Below, piece after piece: positions 17,154 through 26,303 of a DNA stretch of 64,000 nucleotides (position 1 is the first letter of the stretch; each line of letters begins with the position of its first letter). The notes under the pieces were generated by a model. That model was not told the origin of the DNA and did not search any database. It saw only the letters and a list, made by a program, of their open reading frames with translations. This DNA is from Spirochaetales bacterium. GTDB taxonomy: Bacteria > Spirochaetota > Spirochaetia > JABEVK01. The translations under genes were made by a program, and so were the position numbers. The DNA lies in NCBI GenBank assembly GCA_037142615.1, contig JBAXAI010000009.1, forward strand, positions 1-64,000, written 5' to 3'.

Positions 17154-20100
17154 TCCCCTCCCCGCCGTTCCACCCGAGCACGCAGCGCTGGTTTGCCGAC
17201 CGCGTGGGAACTCCGACCGACGTGCAGTCGCAGGCCTGGCCGCTCATCCATTTGGGCGGTAATGTGCTGGCCACCGCCCCCACAGGGACAGGCAAGACCC
17301 TGGCGGCGTTTCTCGTTGCCCTCGATCGCCTGCTGACCGGCGAATGGACCGGCGGGGGCCTGCGGGTGCTGTACCTTTCGCCACTGAAGGCGCTGAACAA
17401 CGATGTGCGGCGCAACGTCCTGGCCCCGCTGCAGGGGCTCACCGAGCAGTTCCGCGCCGATGGCTTGGAGCCTCCGACCGTCCGGGTGCTTGTTCGTTCG
17501 GGCGATACGCCGGAGTCGGAACGGAGGCAACTGCGCAAACGGGCTCCCGAGATTCTCATCACCACCCCCGAGAGTCTGAACATCCTGCTCACGCAGAAGT
17601 CGGCTCCGCTCTTGTTCGGGGGTCTCAAGGCTGTCATCGTCGATGAGATCCACGCCGTCGCCGGGACCAAGCGCGGGACCAGCCTGATGACGGCGCTGGA
17701 ACGCCTGGTGCCGTGGGCCGGCGAGTTTCAACGGATCGGGCTATCCGCAACGGTGAACCCACCCGACCTGATGGCCCGCTACCTGGCGGGTCTGGGGCGC
17801 GAGGGCCAACCTAGGCCGGTCGCGACGGTGGTGTCATCGTACTCCAAACAGTACGACGTGAAGGTTTGCCTTCCGGAGTTTGAGTCCGACCCCGAAACCG
17901 GCAAGGTGTTCTGGGAAAGCCTGGCGCTCGATCTGCGCAAGACGACCCGGGTTCAGGCATCGACCCTCATCTTTACCAACAGCCGCCGTGCGTGCGAAAA
18001 ACTGGCGCGCCTGATCAACGCCCCAAAACCCGGAGACGAACCCGAACTGATCGCGTACAGCCACCACGGGTCGCTGTCGAAGGACCTGCGCCTGGAGGTG
18101 GAGCAAAAGCTCAAGGCCGGCCAGATCCGGGCGCTGGTGGCGACCAACTCGCTGGAGCTCGGCATCGACATCGGCGAGCTCGACGAGGTGGTGCTGGCCC
18201 AGACCCCCCGCAGTGCAGCCTCGGCCATCCAAAAAGTGGGCCGTGCAGGCCACACGATCGGAGCCGTCAGCCGCGCTCGCCTGTACCCGTCGCACGGGCT
18301 CGACCTGGTCGAGGCGGCCGTGATCACCCGCTGCATCCGCGAGCAGACGGTGGAGCCGCTGGTGGTGCCCGAAGCCCCCCTCGACGTGCTGGCGCAGACC
18401 ATCCTGTCGATGCTCTGCTGCGAGGCCCTGTCGGCGGAGGAAGTTTTTGCCCGCGTACGTGGCGCCTGGCCCTACCGCAATCTGACCCCGCTGGCCTTCG
18501 GGCTGGTGCTCGACCTGCTGCAGGGCCGTTACGAGGGCACGCGGCTCAAGGACCTCAAGCCCCGGATCGTCAGCGACCCGGTTTCAGGTTTGCTCAGCGC
18601 GCGTGACGAGGTGCCTTTCCTGCTCTTCTCGTCGGGCGGCATGATTCCCGACCGGGGCTACTTTACGCTCCGTGACCAGGCCAGCGGGGCCCGGCTGGGC
18701 GAGCTCGACGAGGAGTTCGTCTGGGAGCGCCAGTTGGGCGACCGCTTTGCCTTCGGCCCCCACGTTTGGCGCATCGCCGCTGTCACCGACACGTCGGTCG
18801 AAGTGGTCCCGGTGCCCGAGAAGTCGGACAACATCCCGTTCTGGATCGCCGAGGACCAAGATCGCAGCTGGTTCTTGGCCGAGAAGATCGGTGAGTTCCT
18901 CGAAGGCGCCGAACGGCAACTGGCCGCCGACCCCGAGCGGCTGAAGCGCGAGCTTATCGAAGTGGAGGGCTTTTCGACCGAGGCAGCCAAACGCATGTTG
19001 GCCGTTTTGTCGCAACAGCGGGCTTTCACTGGAACTCTGCCCCATCGCCATTGTCTGGTCGCCGAAGTGGTGACCAACGCCAAGGCCGGCCACCCGGAGG
19101 CCAACAGCACGCAGATCATACTGCACAACTTTTGGGGTGCCCGAGTCAATCGACCGTGGGCGTTTGCGCTGGCCCAGGCGTGGGAAGACCTCCACGGCGC
19201 CGGGCTAGAGTTGTGGGCGGGCGATGACCAGGTGTTGATTTTGGTTCCACCCGAGGCAGACCCACAGGACTTTCTCGCGTTGGTGACGCCCGAAAATCTC
19301 GAAGGTTTGCTCAGGCGGCGACTCGAGTCGACGGGGTTCTTCGGTGCCCGTTTCCGCGAAAGCGCCGGCCGGGCGCTGCTGTTGCCCAAGTCGGGCTTTG
19401 GCAAACGGCAACCCCTGTGGATGACCCGGCTTCGGGCCAAGAGCCTCATGGCCGCCGTGCTGAAATACGCCGACTTTCCCATTCTGGTCGAGGCCTGGCG
19501 TCAGTGTCTGCACGACGAGTTCGACCTGCCCTCGCTGCGCCAACTGCTGGATGAAGTTGCCACCGGCGCCGTTCGGCTTCACGTTTGCCGCACGGCGGAC
19601 CCTTCCCCGTTCACCGATGGGCTGTTGTGGAAGCAGGTGAGCGAGCATATGTACGCCGGTGACGCGCTCGAAGGTGGTCAAAGATCGCAGCTGGACGACG
19701 AGGTTTGGAAAACCGTGCTCTCCGGCGAGCTCCCCGCGCTATCGCCACAACTCGTGAGCGACTGGGAAGCGAGGTTGCAGCAACTGAGGTCGGGGTATGC
19801 CCCCGAAACAGCGGAAGAAGCCCTCGATCTGCTCGAACTCCGCGTCGCGCTGCCACTGCCCGAATGGCAAGCCCTGCTCAAGGCAGGTTCAATGAACGAG
19901 AAGGACTTCGCTGGGCGTGTAGTGCTCGACCGTTCTGGGCCCCGGGCGCCCGAGCGTGTTCTGGTCGCCGCCTGGCAACCTTTGCTCGCCGAACCCCTCC
20001 CGTGGCTCTCGCGCTGGCTCGAGTGGTATGGTCCACAGCCCGTCGAGGCGGTCCGCCGTTTTTGGAATGTCGACCCCGAGCTGTGGACCCATTGGCTCGA

Positions 20101-21475
20101 TGGTGCCATCCAAGAAGAGCTTGTTGTGGTAGGCCGTTTGAGAACCGGAGCGACCGAAGACGAGCTCTGCCTGCGTTCCCATTGGGAGTCGCTGGCCCGA
20201 CGACAGCGCCAGCAACGCAGAACGGCCGTCGTCACCCGACCCGCGGCCCAACTTCCCGGCTTTCTGGCGACGTGGCAAGGCCTCGTCCACCGGGAGCAAG
20301 GCCCCGAAGCCCTTCAGCGGCGGCTGGGCCAACTGCTCGGGCTCCCGTTGCCAGCTGCACTGTGGGAGGCGGCGGTCCTCCCGTGCCGACTGGACCCGTA
20401 CTGGCCCGCGAGCCTCGACAATTTGTTGGCAGAAACCGGCCTCGCGTGGTTCGGGGCTGGCCGGGAAGAGGTCCTGTTTGGCTTCGCGGAAGACAAGGCG
20501 AGGCTGGGGTTGGCCCGCCCAACGCAGGGTGAAGAAGCCGAGCTTTTGGCACTGTTCGGGAACCGAAGCGAGGCGGAAGTCGGCGAGTTGGCTTCGTCCA
20601 CACGCCAGTCCACTTCGGCCGTTACCGAGAAGCTTTGGAGCCTCGCGTGGAAGGGGCTTGCGTCGGGCACGCGCTTCGAGGTGCTCCGTAGAGGGTTGGC
20701 CAGCAAGTTTACCTTCGACGCCAACCCCGGAAGCACCACGTCAGCGCGCTCCGCCTCGCGGGGCTTCCAACGCTGGTCGAACGCCCGCAGCGGCAGCATT
20801 TGGCGGTCCTGGTCCGACGAGGGCAGTGGCGTGGAAATTGACACCGAGGACGACCGGGTTGCGGCCCTCGAAGACGCCAAGGCCCGGGCAAGGCTGGTGC
20901 TCGAACGCTACGGGATCGTCTGCCGCGAGCTGCTGGCGCTGGAGTCGCCGCCCTTTCAGTGGAAGGCGTTGTTCCCAGCACTGAAGTTGATGGAACTGTC
21001 CGGCGAAATCAGCGCTGGCCGGTTCTTCGAGGGCCCCTTGGGTCTCCAGTTCGCCAGCCAAGAGGCCCTTCGCACACTCGAACTCGACGCCGTGGAAAGT
21101 TCGGGAGGTCCAGCCCTATTTATCCAGCATGCGCAGGACCCGTCCAGTTTGTGCGGGCGCGGTGTTGAGACCGGACACCCCCTGCCCCGGCGCGCTGCCG
21201 GAACCTGGTTGTGGTGGAGTGATAGCCAGTTGGCAGGAGTCGTGAGTGGCAACGGCAAACGCCTCGACCTTTTCTTGGAGCCCGGCGACGAAACACTTCC
21301 CATGCTGACCCGAAGGATGGCCGCTCTCTTGTGGGCGGGCCCCACCACCAAGGCCTTCTGGACCCTCGAAACCCTAAACGGAGTTCCCGTGGCCGACAGT
21401 CCACGAGCCCCCGAAATGAAAGAGGCCGGTTTTCGTTGGCACGGAAACCGGCTCCTCTTGATGAAACACGCGTAA
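17150..21475 (+). CDS. lhr: Lhr-family ATP-dependent DEAH helicase, full length with C-terminal domain
   Basis: APTGTGKT, LYLSPLKALNND, TTPESL, DEIH, GLSAT, HHGSLS, LELGIDIG, GRAGH, GELDEEFVWE, LERYGIV. Confidence 0.93.
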   Translation: MIPSPPFHPSTQRWFADRVGTPTDVQSQAWPLIHLGGNVLATAPTGTGKTLAAFLVALDRLLTGEWTGGGLRVLYLSPLKALNNDVRRNVLAPLQGLTEQFRADGLEPPTVRVLVRSGDTPESERRQLRKRAPEILITTPESLNILLTQKSAPLLFGGLKAVIVDEIHAVAGTKRGTSLMTALERLVPWAGEFQRIGLSATVNPPDLMARYLAGLGREGQPRPVATVVSSYSKQYDVKVCLPEFESDPETGKVFWESLALDLRKTTRVQASTLIFTNSRRACEKLARLINAPKPGDEPELIAYSHHGSLSKDLRLEVEQKLKAGQIRALVATNSLELGIDIGELDEVVLAQTPRSAASAIQKVGRAGHTIGAVSRARLYPSHGLDLVEAAVITRCIREQTVEPLVVPEAPLDVLAQTILSMLCCEALSAEEVFARVRGAWPYRNLTPLAFGLVLDLLQGRYEGTRLKDLKPRIVSDPVSGLLSARDEVPFLLFSSGGMIPDRGYFTLRDQASGARLGELDEEFVWERQLGDRFAFGPHVWRIAAVTDTSVEVVPVPEKSDNIPFWIAEDQDRSWFLAEKIGEFLEGAERQLAADPERLKRELIEVEGFSTEAAKRMLAVLSQQRAFTGTLPHRHCLVAEVVTNAKAGHPEANSTQIILHNFWGARVNRPWAFALAQAWEDLHGAGLELWAGDDQVLILVPPEADPQDFLALVTPENLEGLLRRRLESTGFFGARFRESAGRALLLPKSGFGKRQPLWMTRLRAKSLMAAVLKYADFPILVEAWRQCLHDEFDLPSLRQLLDEVATGAVRLHVCRTADPSPFTDGLLWKQVSEHMYAGDALEGGQRSQLDDEVWKTVLSGELPALSPQLVSDWEARLQQLRSGYAPETAEEALDLLELRVALPLPEWQALLKAGSMNEKDFAGRVVLDRSGPRAPERVLVAAWQPLLAEPLPWLSRWLEWYGPQPVEAVRRFWNVDPELWTHWLDGAIQEELVVVGRLRTGATEDELCLRSHWESLARRQRQQRRTAVVTRPAAQLPGFLATWQGLVHREQGPEALQRRLGQLLGLPLPAALWEAAVLPCRLDPYWPASLDNLLAETGLAWFGAGREEVLFGFAEDKARLGLARPTQGEEAELLALFGNRSEAEVGELASSTRQSTSAVTEKLWSLAWKGLASGTRFEVLRRGLASKFTFDANPGSTTSARSASRGFQRWSNARSGSIWRSWSDEGSGVEIDTEDDRVAALEDAKARARLVLERYGIVCRELLALESPPFQWKALFPALKLMELSGEISAGRFFEGPLGLQFASQEALRTLELDAVESSGGPALFIQHAQDPSSLCGRGVETGHPLPRRAAGTWLWWSDSQLAGVVSGNGKRLDLFLEPGDETLPMLTRRMAALLWAGPTTKAFWTLETLNGVPVADSPRAPEMKEAGFRWHGNRLLLMKHA

Positions 21476-21486
21476 GCATTGCCCCC

Positions 21487-21538
21487 GGCCAAGCGAAGCG
21501 ATGGCCAAGCGAAGCAAAGGCCAAGCGAAGCGATGGCC
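21487..21538 (+). repeat. 16-bp tandem repeat, about 3.25 copies
   Basis: GGCCAAGCGAAGCGAT / GGCCAAGCGAAGCAAA / GGCCAAGCGAAGCGAT / GGCC. Confidence 0.85.
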
Positions 21539-21542
21539 GTAC

Positions 21543-21576
21543 AAAAAAAACCGCCCGCAAGGGTCGGCTTTTTTTT
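21543..21576. terminator. Bidirectional intrinsic terminator between lhr and gnd
   Basis: A8-CCGCCC-gcaa-GGGTCGG-C-T8 between convergent genes. Confidence 0.85.
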
Positions 21577-21636
21577 CGCCGCGATGTGCGGCGTAGTCCG
21601 CACCAACGCGGCGCTGTAAACCCGCGCCAGTCGGGT

Positions 21637-23097
21637 TTACACGTTATAAGTACTGGAACTGACGTTGCCCCCCGTCCCCGTCCAGTTGGTGTGGAAGACC
21701 TGGCCCCGTGGTTTGTCGGTGCGCTCGTAGGTGTGGGCGCCGAAGTAGTCGCGCAGGCCCTGAAGCATGTTCGCAGGCAGCTGAGCCGTACGGTAGCCGT
21801 CGAAGAAGGCCAACGCCGTGCTCATGGCGGGGAGCGGAATACCCGCCATCACGCCGGCACCGATCACGCGGCGCCACGAGTCTTGGGCTCGGAGCATGAC
21901 GTTCTTGAACCAGTCGTCCATCAGCAAGTTGTCGAGCTTAGGATTCTTGTCGTAGGCGGCCTTGATTTTGTCGAGAAAGACCGAGCGGATGATACAACCC
22001 CCGCGCCACATCAGCGCGATGCCGCCGTAGTTGAGGTCCCAGCCGTATTCCTTGGCCGCTTCGCGCATCAGCATGTAGCCTTGCGCGTAGCTGACGAGCT
22101 TGCTGGCCAAGAGGGCCTCGCCGAGGTCTTTGAGGAACGCCGCTTTGTCGCCGGTGAACTTCTGGCGATTGCCACCGCCCAGCACAGCAGCAGCCTTGAC
22201 GCGCTCGTCTTTCAGGGCCGACAGGCAGCGGGCAAACACCGCTTCGCCGATCAGGGTCACGGGAATGCCCATGTCGAGGGCGTCGACCGCGGTCCACTTG
22301 CCGGTGCCTTTCTGTCCGGCGGTGTCGAGGATCTTTTCGAGCAGAGGTCCACCGTCGGCGTCTTTGTAGGCCATGACACCCGCCGCGATCTCGATGAGAT
22401 AACTGTTCAGTTCACCCTTGTTCCAATCCTGCAGGGCCTTGGTCATTTCGGTGTGGTCCATCCCGGCGTAGCTCTTCATGAGGTGGTAGGCTTCGCTGAT
22501 AAGCTGCATGTCGCCGTATTCAATGCCGTTGTGCACCATTTTCACGTAGTGGCCCGAACCGGTGCCACCCACCCAGTCGCAACAGGGTTCACCCTTGTCG
22601 GTCTTGGCTGCGATAGCCTGAAAGATCGGCTTGACCGACGGCCAGGCTTCGGCGTTGCCGCCGGGCATGATCGAAGGACCGTTGCGTGCGCCTTCCTCGC
22701 CCCCGGAAACGCCTGACCCAACAAAAAGGATGCCTTTTTCAGCCAGAGCCTTGGTGCGGCGGTTCGAGTCGGGGAAGTGGCTGTTGCCGCCGTCGATGAT
22801 GATGTCGCCTTTTTCCAGGTGAGGCACGACAAGATCAATGAACTGGTCGACGACTTCGCCGGCTTTCACCATGAGCATGACCTTGCGTGGACGTTTCAGG
22901 AGACCGACAAACTCTTCGATGGAGTGCGACGGAAGCAGGTTCGTGAAGCCCTTGCCTGCGTCGCCGAGGAACTCGTCCACTTTGCTGGTGGTGCGGTTGA
23001 AGACCGCCACTGTGTAGCCGTGATCACACATGTTGAGTACAAGATTCTGGCCCATGACGGCCAGTCCGATCAGGCCGATATCGGCTTTTTTGTCCAT
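21637..23097 (-). CDS. gnd: 6-phosphogluconate dehydrogenase (NADP+, decarboxylating)
   Basis: IGLIGLAVMGQNL, GVSGGEEGA, KMVHNGIEYGDMQ, QKGTGKWT, RDYFGAHTYER; AGGAGA SD. Confidence 0.97.
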   Translation of the reverse strand: MDKKADIGLIGLAVMGQNLVLNMCDHGYTVAVFNRTTSKVDEFLGDAGKGFTNLLPSHSIEEFVGLLKRPRKVMLMVKAGEVVDQFIDLVVPHLEKGDIIIDGGNSHFPDSNRRTKALAEKGILFVGSGVSGGEEGARNGPSIMPGGNAEAWPSVKPIFQAIAAKTDKGEPCCDWVGGTGSGHYVKMVHNGIEYGDMQLISEAYHLMKSYAGMDHTEMTKALQDWNKGELNSYLIEIAAGVMAYKDADGGPLLEKILDTAGQKGTGKWTAVDALDMGIPVTLIGEAVFARCLSALKDERVKAAAVLGGGNRQKFTGDKAAFLKDLGEALLASKLVSYAQGYMLMREAAKEYGWDLNYGGIALMWRGGCIIRSVFLDKIKAAYDKNPKLDNLLMDDWFKNVMLRAQDSWRRVIGAGVMAGIPLPAMSTALAFFDGYRTAQLPANMLQGLRDYFGAHTYERTDKPRGQVFHTNWTGTGGNVSSSTYNV

Positions 23098-23155
23098 AGA
23101 TTTCTCCTGTGGGTTTGATTCTAAGCCAAGTTTGCCAATAAGGCAAACCGCAGGC

Positions 23156-24100
23156 TCAGCCGATTTTCTTGAGCGAGTTGGACTCGAGCGACACAGCCAT
23201 GTTTCGTCCGAGCTTGACGGCGGCGGGGTGCCCGCGGGCTGCCGTGTCCTGCCGCGAGTCGAGCATGCGCAGTTCTTCCTCCAGCAAGGTAATGAACGGC
23301 GCCTGAAGTTCGACGAGTTTGAGCAGGATCTTGCGGACTTGCGAACCCTCTTGGATGGCGTGGAAAATGGTGGCCCGCACGCGCGACATTTCGTGCGCCT
23401 GCTGCTGAAGGAGCTTTGCCAGCTCAGGGAGCACAAACTGATCCTCTTCCTGCCGCTGAAACTCCTTGCGCATGGCCTCGTCTTCCGCCATCTGGATTTC
23501 GCGGTAGTGCATGTGAACGTTGTCAAGAATGCTGTCAAGGCGCTTCTTGTAGTTCATGAAGAAGGTCGCGGCGCGGTCATCGGGAATCTGCGGCGACATC
23601 TGGGCAAAATTGCCAAACTCTTTTTGGTAGAGCTGGATCTCCATGAAGATGTTCTTGACGTGGATGTTCTTCGCCAACTCGGGATTGCCACCGATCCGGT
23701 TCTTCACCTCTTGAATCACCTGCTCAACGGGAACGCGGTTGCGGCTTGAGGTGCCCGCGAGTTCGCCTTCCACTTCTTTGTTGGGCTTGAGCTGGCCCTG
23801 GGCATAGAGCACCTGAACCGACAACAGGTAAACCAGCAACCGAAGCTCTCCCTCGATGGCAAGAATTTCGGCCTGGTCGGGCGTCGTGAAGCTCAAACGG
23901 GTGAGGAAGGTAAAGACACCGTTGGCGAACTTCTTCTTCACCTCTACCACGCCCTCCATCGAAGCTGCACGCAACGTGGCCGGTAGGGTTTGGATCTTCA
24001 GATCGTCGAGCTTGAGGTACTGTTTGAGCTTGGATGGCAAGGAGAGTTTTTCGCGGATCTCGATCCATTCGCTGGTAATTCGTTTTTCGAGGAGATCCAT
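23156..24100 (-). CDS. Hypothetical protein (helical, cytoplasmic)
   Basis: Long ORF with host-like codon usage and a TATACT -10 eight nt upstream; no motif recognised. Confidence 0.7.
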   Translation of the reverse strand: MDLLEKRITSEWIEIREKLSLPSKLKQYLKLDDLKIQTLPATLRAASMEGVVEVKKKFANGVFTFLTRLSFTTPDQAEILAIEGELRLLVYLLSVQVLYAQGQLKPNKEVEGELAGTSSRNRVPVEQVIQEVKNRIGGNPELAKNIHVKNIFMEIQLYQKEFGNFAQMSPQIPDDRAATFFMNYKKRLDSILDNVHMHYREIQMAEDEAMRKEFQRQEEDQFVLPELAKLLQQQAHEMSRVRATIFHAIQEGSQVRKILLKLVELQAPFITLLEEELRMLDSRQDTAARGHPAAVKLGRNMAVSLESNSLKKIG

Positions 24101-24126
24101 AGGATGCAAGTATAGGCATATCGGAC

Positions 24127-24159
24127 AAAAAAAAAAGGGCCACCCCCGGGGATGGCCCT
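24127..24159 (-). terminator. Intrinsic terminator
   Basis: A10 followed by GGGCCA...TGGCCC stem, downstream of the 24179-24745 gene. Confidence 0.85.
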
Positions 24160-24178
24160 GCGCAACGCCCGCAGGCGT

Positions 24179-24745
24179 CTACTTCAGGTACTTTGCGGCC
24201 TTGAAGTCACTGGTAAAGATGAAGTCGTCCATGAAATACGTGCCTGCATTCCATTCGCCGACGCGGATTTCCTTGATCGACTTCACATCCACGCCCTTTT
24301 CGGTGAGGGTCTTGAGCGGGAAGTAGATCAGCACCCACTTGTCCTTCTGGGACTTGACGTCATCCCAACCGGTATAGATGTGGCCCGCCGCGTCGAGAAC
24401 GCTCACCATGTGAGTGTTGGAACCCTGAGTGTCCTTGAGCCAGAACTCCAGATACTTGTAAGCGCTGGCATCGACCGCCTTGCCGTCCGACGAGGTGACC
24501 ACAACATTCTGCAGGTTCTCGTGCGGGTCTCCAGAGGTGTCGAACGACAGTTTGGCGCTCTTGGTGCTCTTGTCAACAAAGCCGCTCGCTTCGATAACTG
24601 CGGTTGAGCCTTGGGCCGCAGCCAGGCCGTCGCCTGCTTCAAAGTTCTGAAAAACCAGGTAGACCGGGGCGGTCTGTGCAGTCATGGGCAGGGCGGCGAG
24701 CAACAGTACTGTCGCAACAAGCAAACCCTTGATCGAAATTTTCAT
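24179..24745 (-). CDS. Exported stand-alone carbohydrate-binding-module-like (galactose-binding fold) protein
   Basis: Signal peptide; NFE...DASAYKYLEFWLK...W...FPL...VDVKSIKEI...GTYFMDDFIF pattern; GGAGG SD. Confidence 0.6.
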   Translation of the reverse strand: MKISIKGLLVATVLLLAALPMTAQTAPVYLVFQNFEAGDGLAAAQGSTAVIEASGFVDKSTKSAKLSFDTSGDPHENLQNVVVTSSDGKAVDASAYKYLEFWLKDTQGSNTHMVSVLDAAGHIYTGWDDVKSQKDKWVLIYFPLKTLTEKGVDVKSIKEIRVGEWNAGTYFMDDFIFTSDFKAAKYLK

Positions 24746-24914
24746 GGGAAACCTCCATAGGTTGAACTACTCGGTCACCATAAACCCACTCCAAAACGGC
24801 GTAAAGAGGCAATTTTGAAAAATGTTTGCGTATAGCATTGATTTTTGCTCAAGCAGAACGAGCGAATCCCCCGTCTGGAAGGGTGAGAGACACAAAACCC
24901 AAGGAGGAAAGGGA

Positions 24915-25301
24915 ATGAATAGCTTGAATAGTGTGCTCATCGAAGGGAATCTCGTACGGGATCCCGAAAAACAGGACTTCGACAGTGGCTCGAAGCTCTG
25001 CCGCTTCACAATGGCCTCGAACCGTTGGTTCAGCCAAGACAACGAGAAGAAGAGCGAGGTGAGTTACTTCGACGTCGAGGTTTGGAACCGTACCGCCGAC
25101 AACTGCCTCAAGACGTTGTCGAAGGGCCGGGGCGTGCGGGTGGTCGGGCGGCTGAAACAGGACCGCTGGGCCGACAAGGAGGGCAAAAATCACTCCAAAG
25201 TGAAGGTCGTTGCCGAGACGGTGGAGTTCAAGACCCAGTTCGACAAGAAGCCTTCTGAGGTCAGGGTTCCCGAAGATGCCGAGAAAGAACCGGTTTTCTG
25301 A
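24915..25301 (+). CDS. ssb: Single-stranded DNA-binding protein (orphan, outside rpsF-rpsR)
   Basis: MNSLNSVLIEGNLVRDP, YFDVEVW, KGRGVRVVGRLKQDRW; acidic tail ending EPVF; AAGGAGG SD. Confidence 0.92.
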   Translation: MNSLNSVLIEGNLVRDPEKQDFDSGSKLCRFTMASNRWFSQDNEKKSEVSYFDVEVWNRTADNCLKTLSKGRGVRVVGRLKQDRWADKEGKNHSKVKVVAETVEFKTQFDKKPSEVRVPEDAEKEPVF

Positions 25302-25656
25302 CCTTTCGGGCCGGTTCACCCCGGCACCGTACCAGCAGTTGAACTCGATTTGGCTGGAAGGGACGGTCCTGGGTGAACCCGAGGTTGGTGAGAGTTCGGG
25401 CCTCGAGGGTTGCCGGGCGGTGTACCGCTTTGAGGTCGCTACTTCACGATGGCAGGTTCAGGACCAAGAGGTTTCGGTCTTTGCCGTCGAAGTGAGCGAA
25501 CCCAAGGAGGAACTCCGCCGTGCGCTGACGAGGGGTCGGGGCGTGCGCATCCTGGGCCGTTTGCACCAGACCCGGTGGACGGACCAAGCCGGCAGGCCAC
25601 ACAACGAGGTTCATATCGTCGGCAATTCGGTCGAACCGCGCCCGAAGTTACAATGA
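25276..25656 (+). CDS. Second SSB-like OB-fold protein lacking the acidic tail
   Basis: LNSIWLEGTV, EVSVFAVEV, LTRGRGVRILGRLHQTRW, collinear with the upstream SSB; start uncertain. Confidence 0.75.
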   Translation: MPRKNRFSDLSGRFTPAPYQQLNSIWLEGTVLGEPEVGESSGLEGCRAVYRFEVATSRWQVQDQEVSVFAVEVSEPKEELRRALTRGRGVRILGRLHQTRWTDQAGRPHNEVHIVGNSVEPRPKLQ

Positions 25657-26286
25657 GAAACGGACCCCGAGGTTCAAGTTCACGAGCAGTTGGTCCCACC
25701 AGGTCCAGTTGTCCCAGAGGTTGAACACGGGGTCCATACCTTGAACCCGCAAGAAGAGCGTGTAGCGGTCCGAAAACTGGTACAGCACGCCTAGGCCGAG
25801 GTTGGGATACACGAAGCGCCCCGCCAAGTACCATCCGGTGATCGGCAGAGCCATATCCCCTGCCGAGGTTCCCGCCGCGAAGATCGGGAAACGGACCGCA
25901 AAGGCGAGCCCGACTTCAGGCACCAAGGTGAGGGTTTTCAGCGGCTGGAACTCGTACCCAAAGTTGGCATTCAGAAGCAAGGCCAAGATGGTCACATTTG
26001 GGTAGTCGGACTCGACGGGTTGAGGCCGAGAGTTCACGTATTCCATGGTCTCGAAAAAGACGGCGGCCTCGGGACGGAAGATGAGGCTGGGAAGCACCAC
26101 GAAGGGAACCGACAACCCGAGGGAGTTGCTGATCACGGGATTAGGGGCGCTGTCGTCGATGGAGTTGAGCACAAAGTCATACCCGAACTGGAGTTCCAGA
26201 CCGGGAATATCAACGCCCCAAACGACGGCTGCTTGCAAAGGAAGCGAGGCAAAACAGCATAGCAAGACCAGAACAACCTTTCGCAT
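25648..26286 (-). CDS. Hypothetical exported protein, probable outer-membrane beta-barrel
   Basis: Signal peptide, amphipathic strands, C-terminal NLNLGVRFSL. Confidence 0.6.
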   Translation of the reverse strand: MRKVVLVLLCCFASLPLQAAVVWGVDIPGLELQFGYDFVLNSIDDSAPNPVISNSLGLSVPFVVLPSLIFRPEAAVFFETMEYVNSRPQPVESDYPNVTILALLLNANFGYEFQPLKTLTLVPEVGLAFAVRFPIFAAGTSAGDMALPITGWYLAGRFVYPNLGLGVLYQFSDRYTLFLRVQGMDPVFNLWDNWTWWDQLLVNLNLGVRFSL

Positions 26287-26303
26287 GGGTCAAGTCTACC
26301 ACA

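Noticed and set aside
21487-21538. Possible CRISPR mini-array
   Set aside because: 16-bp units are contiguous with no spacers, and there are no cas genes in the window.
23098-23538. N-terminal extension of Gnd (633-aa ORF)
   Set aside because: Overlaps the upstream gene in another frame; SD and family start point to 23097.
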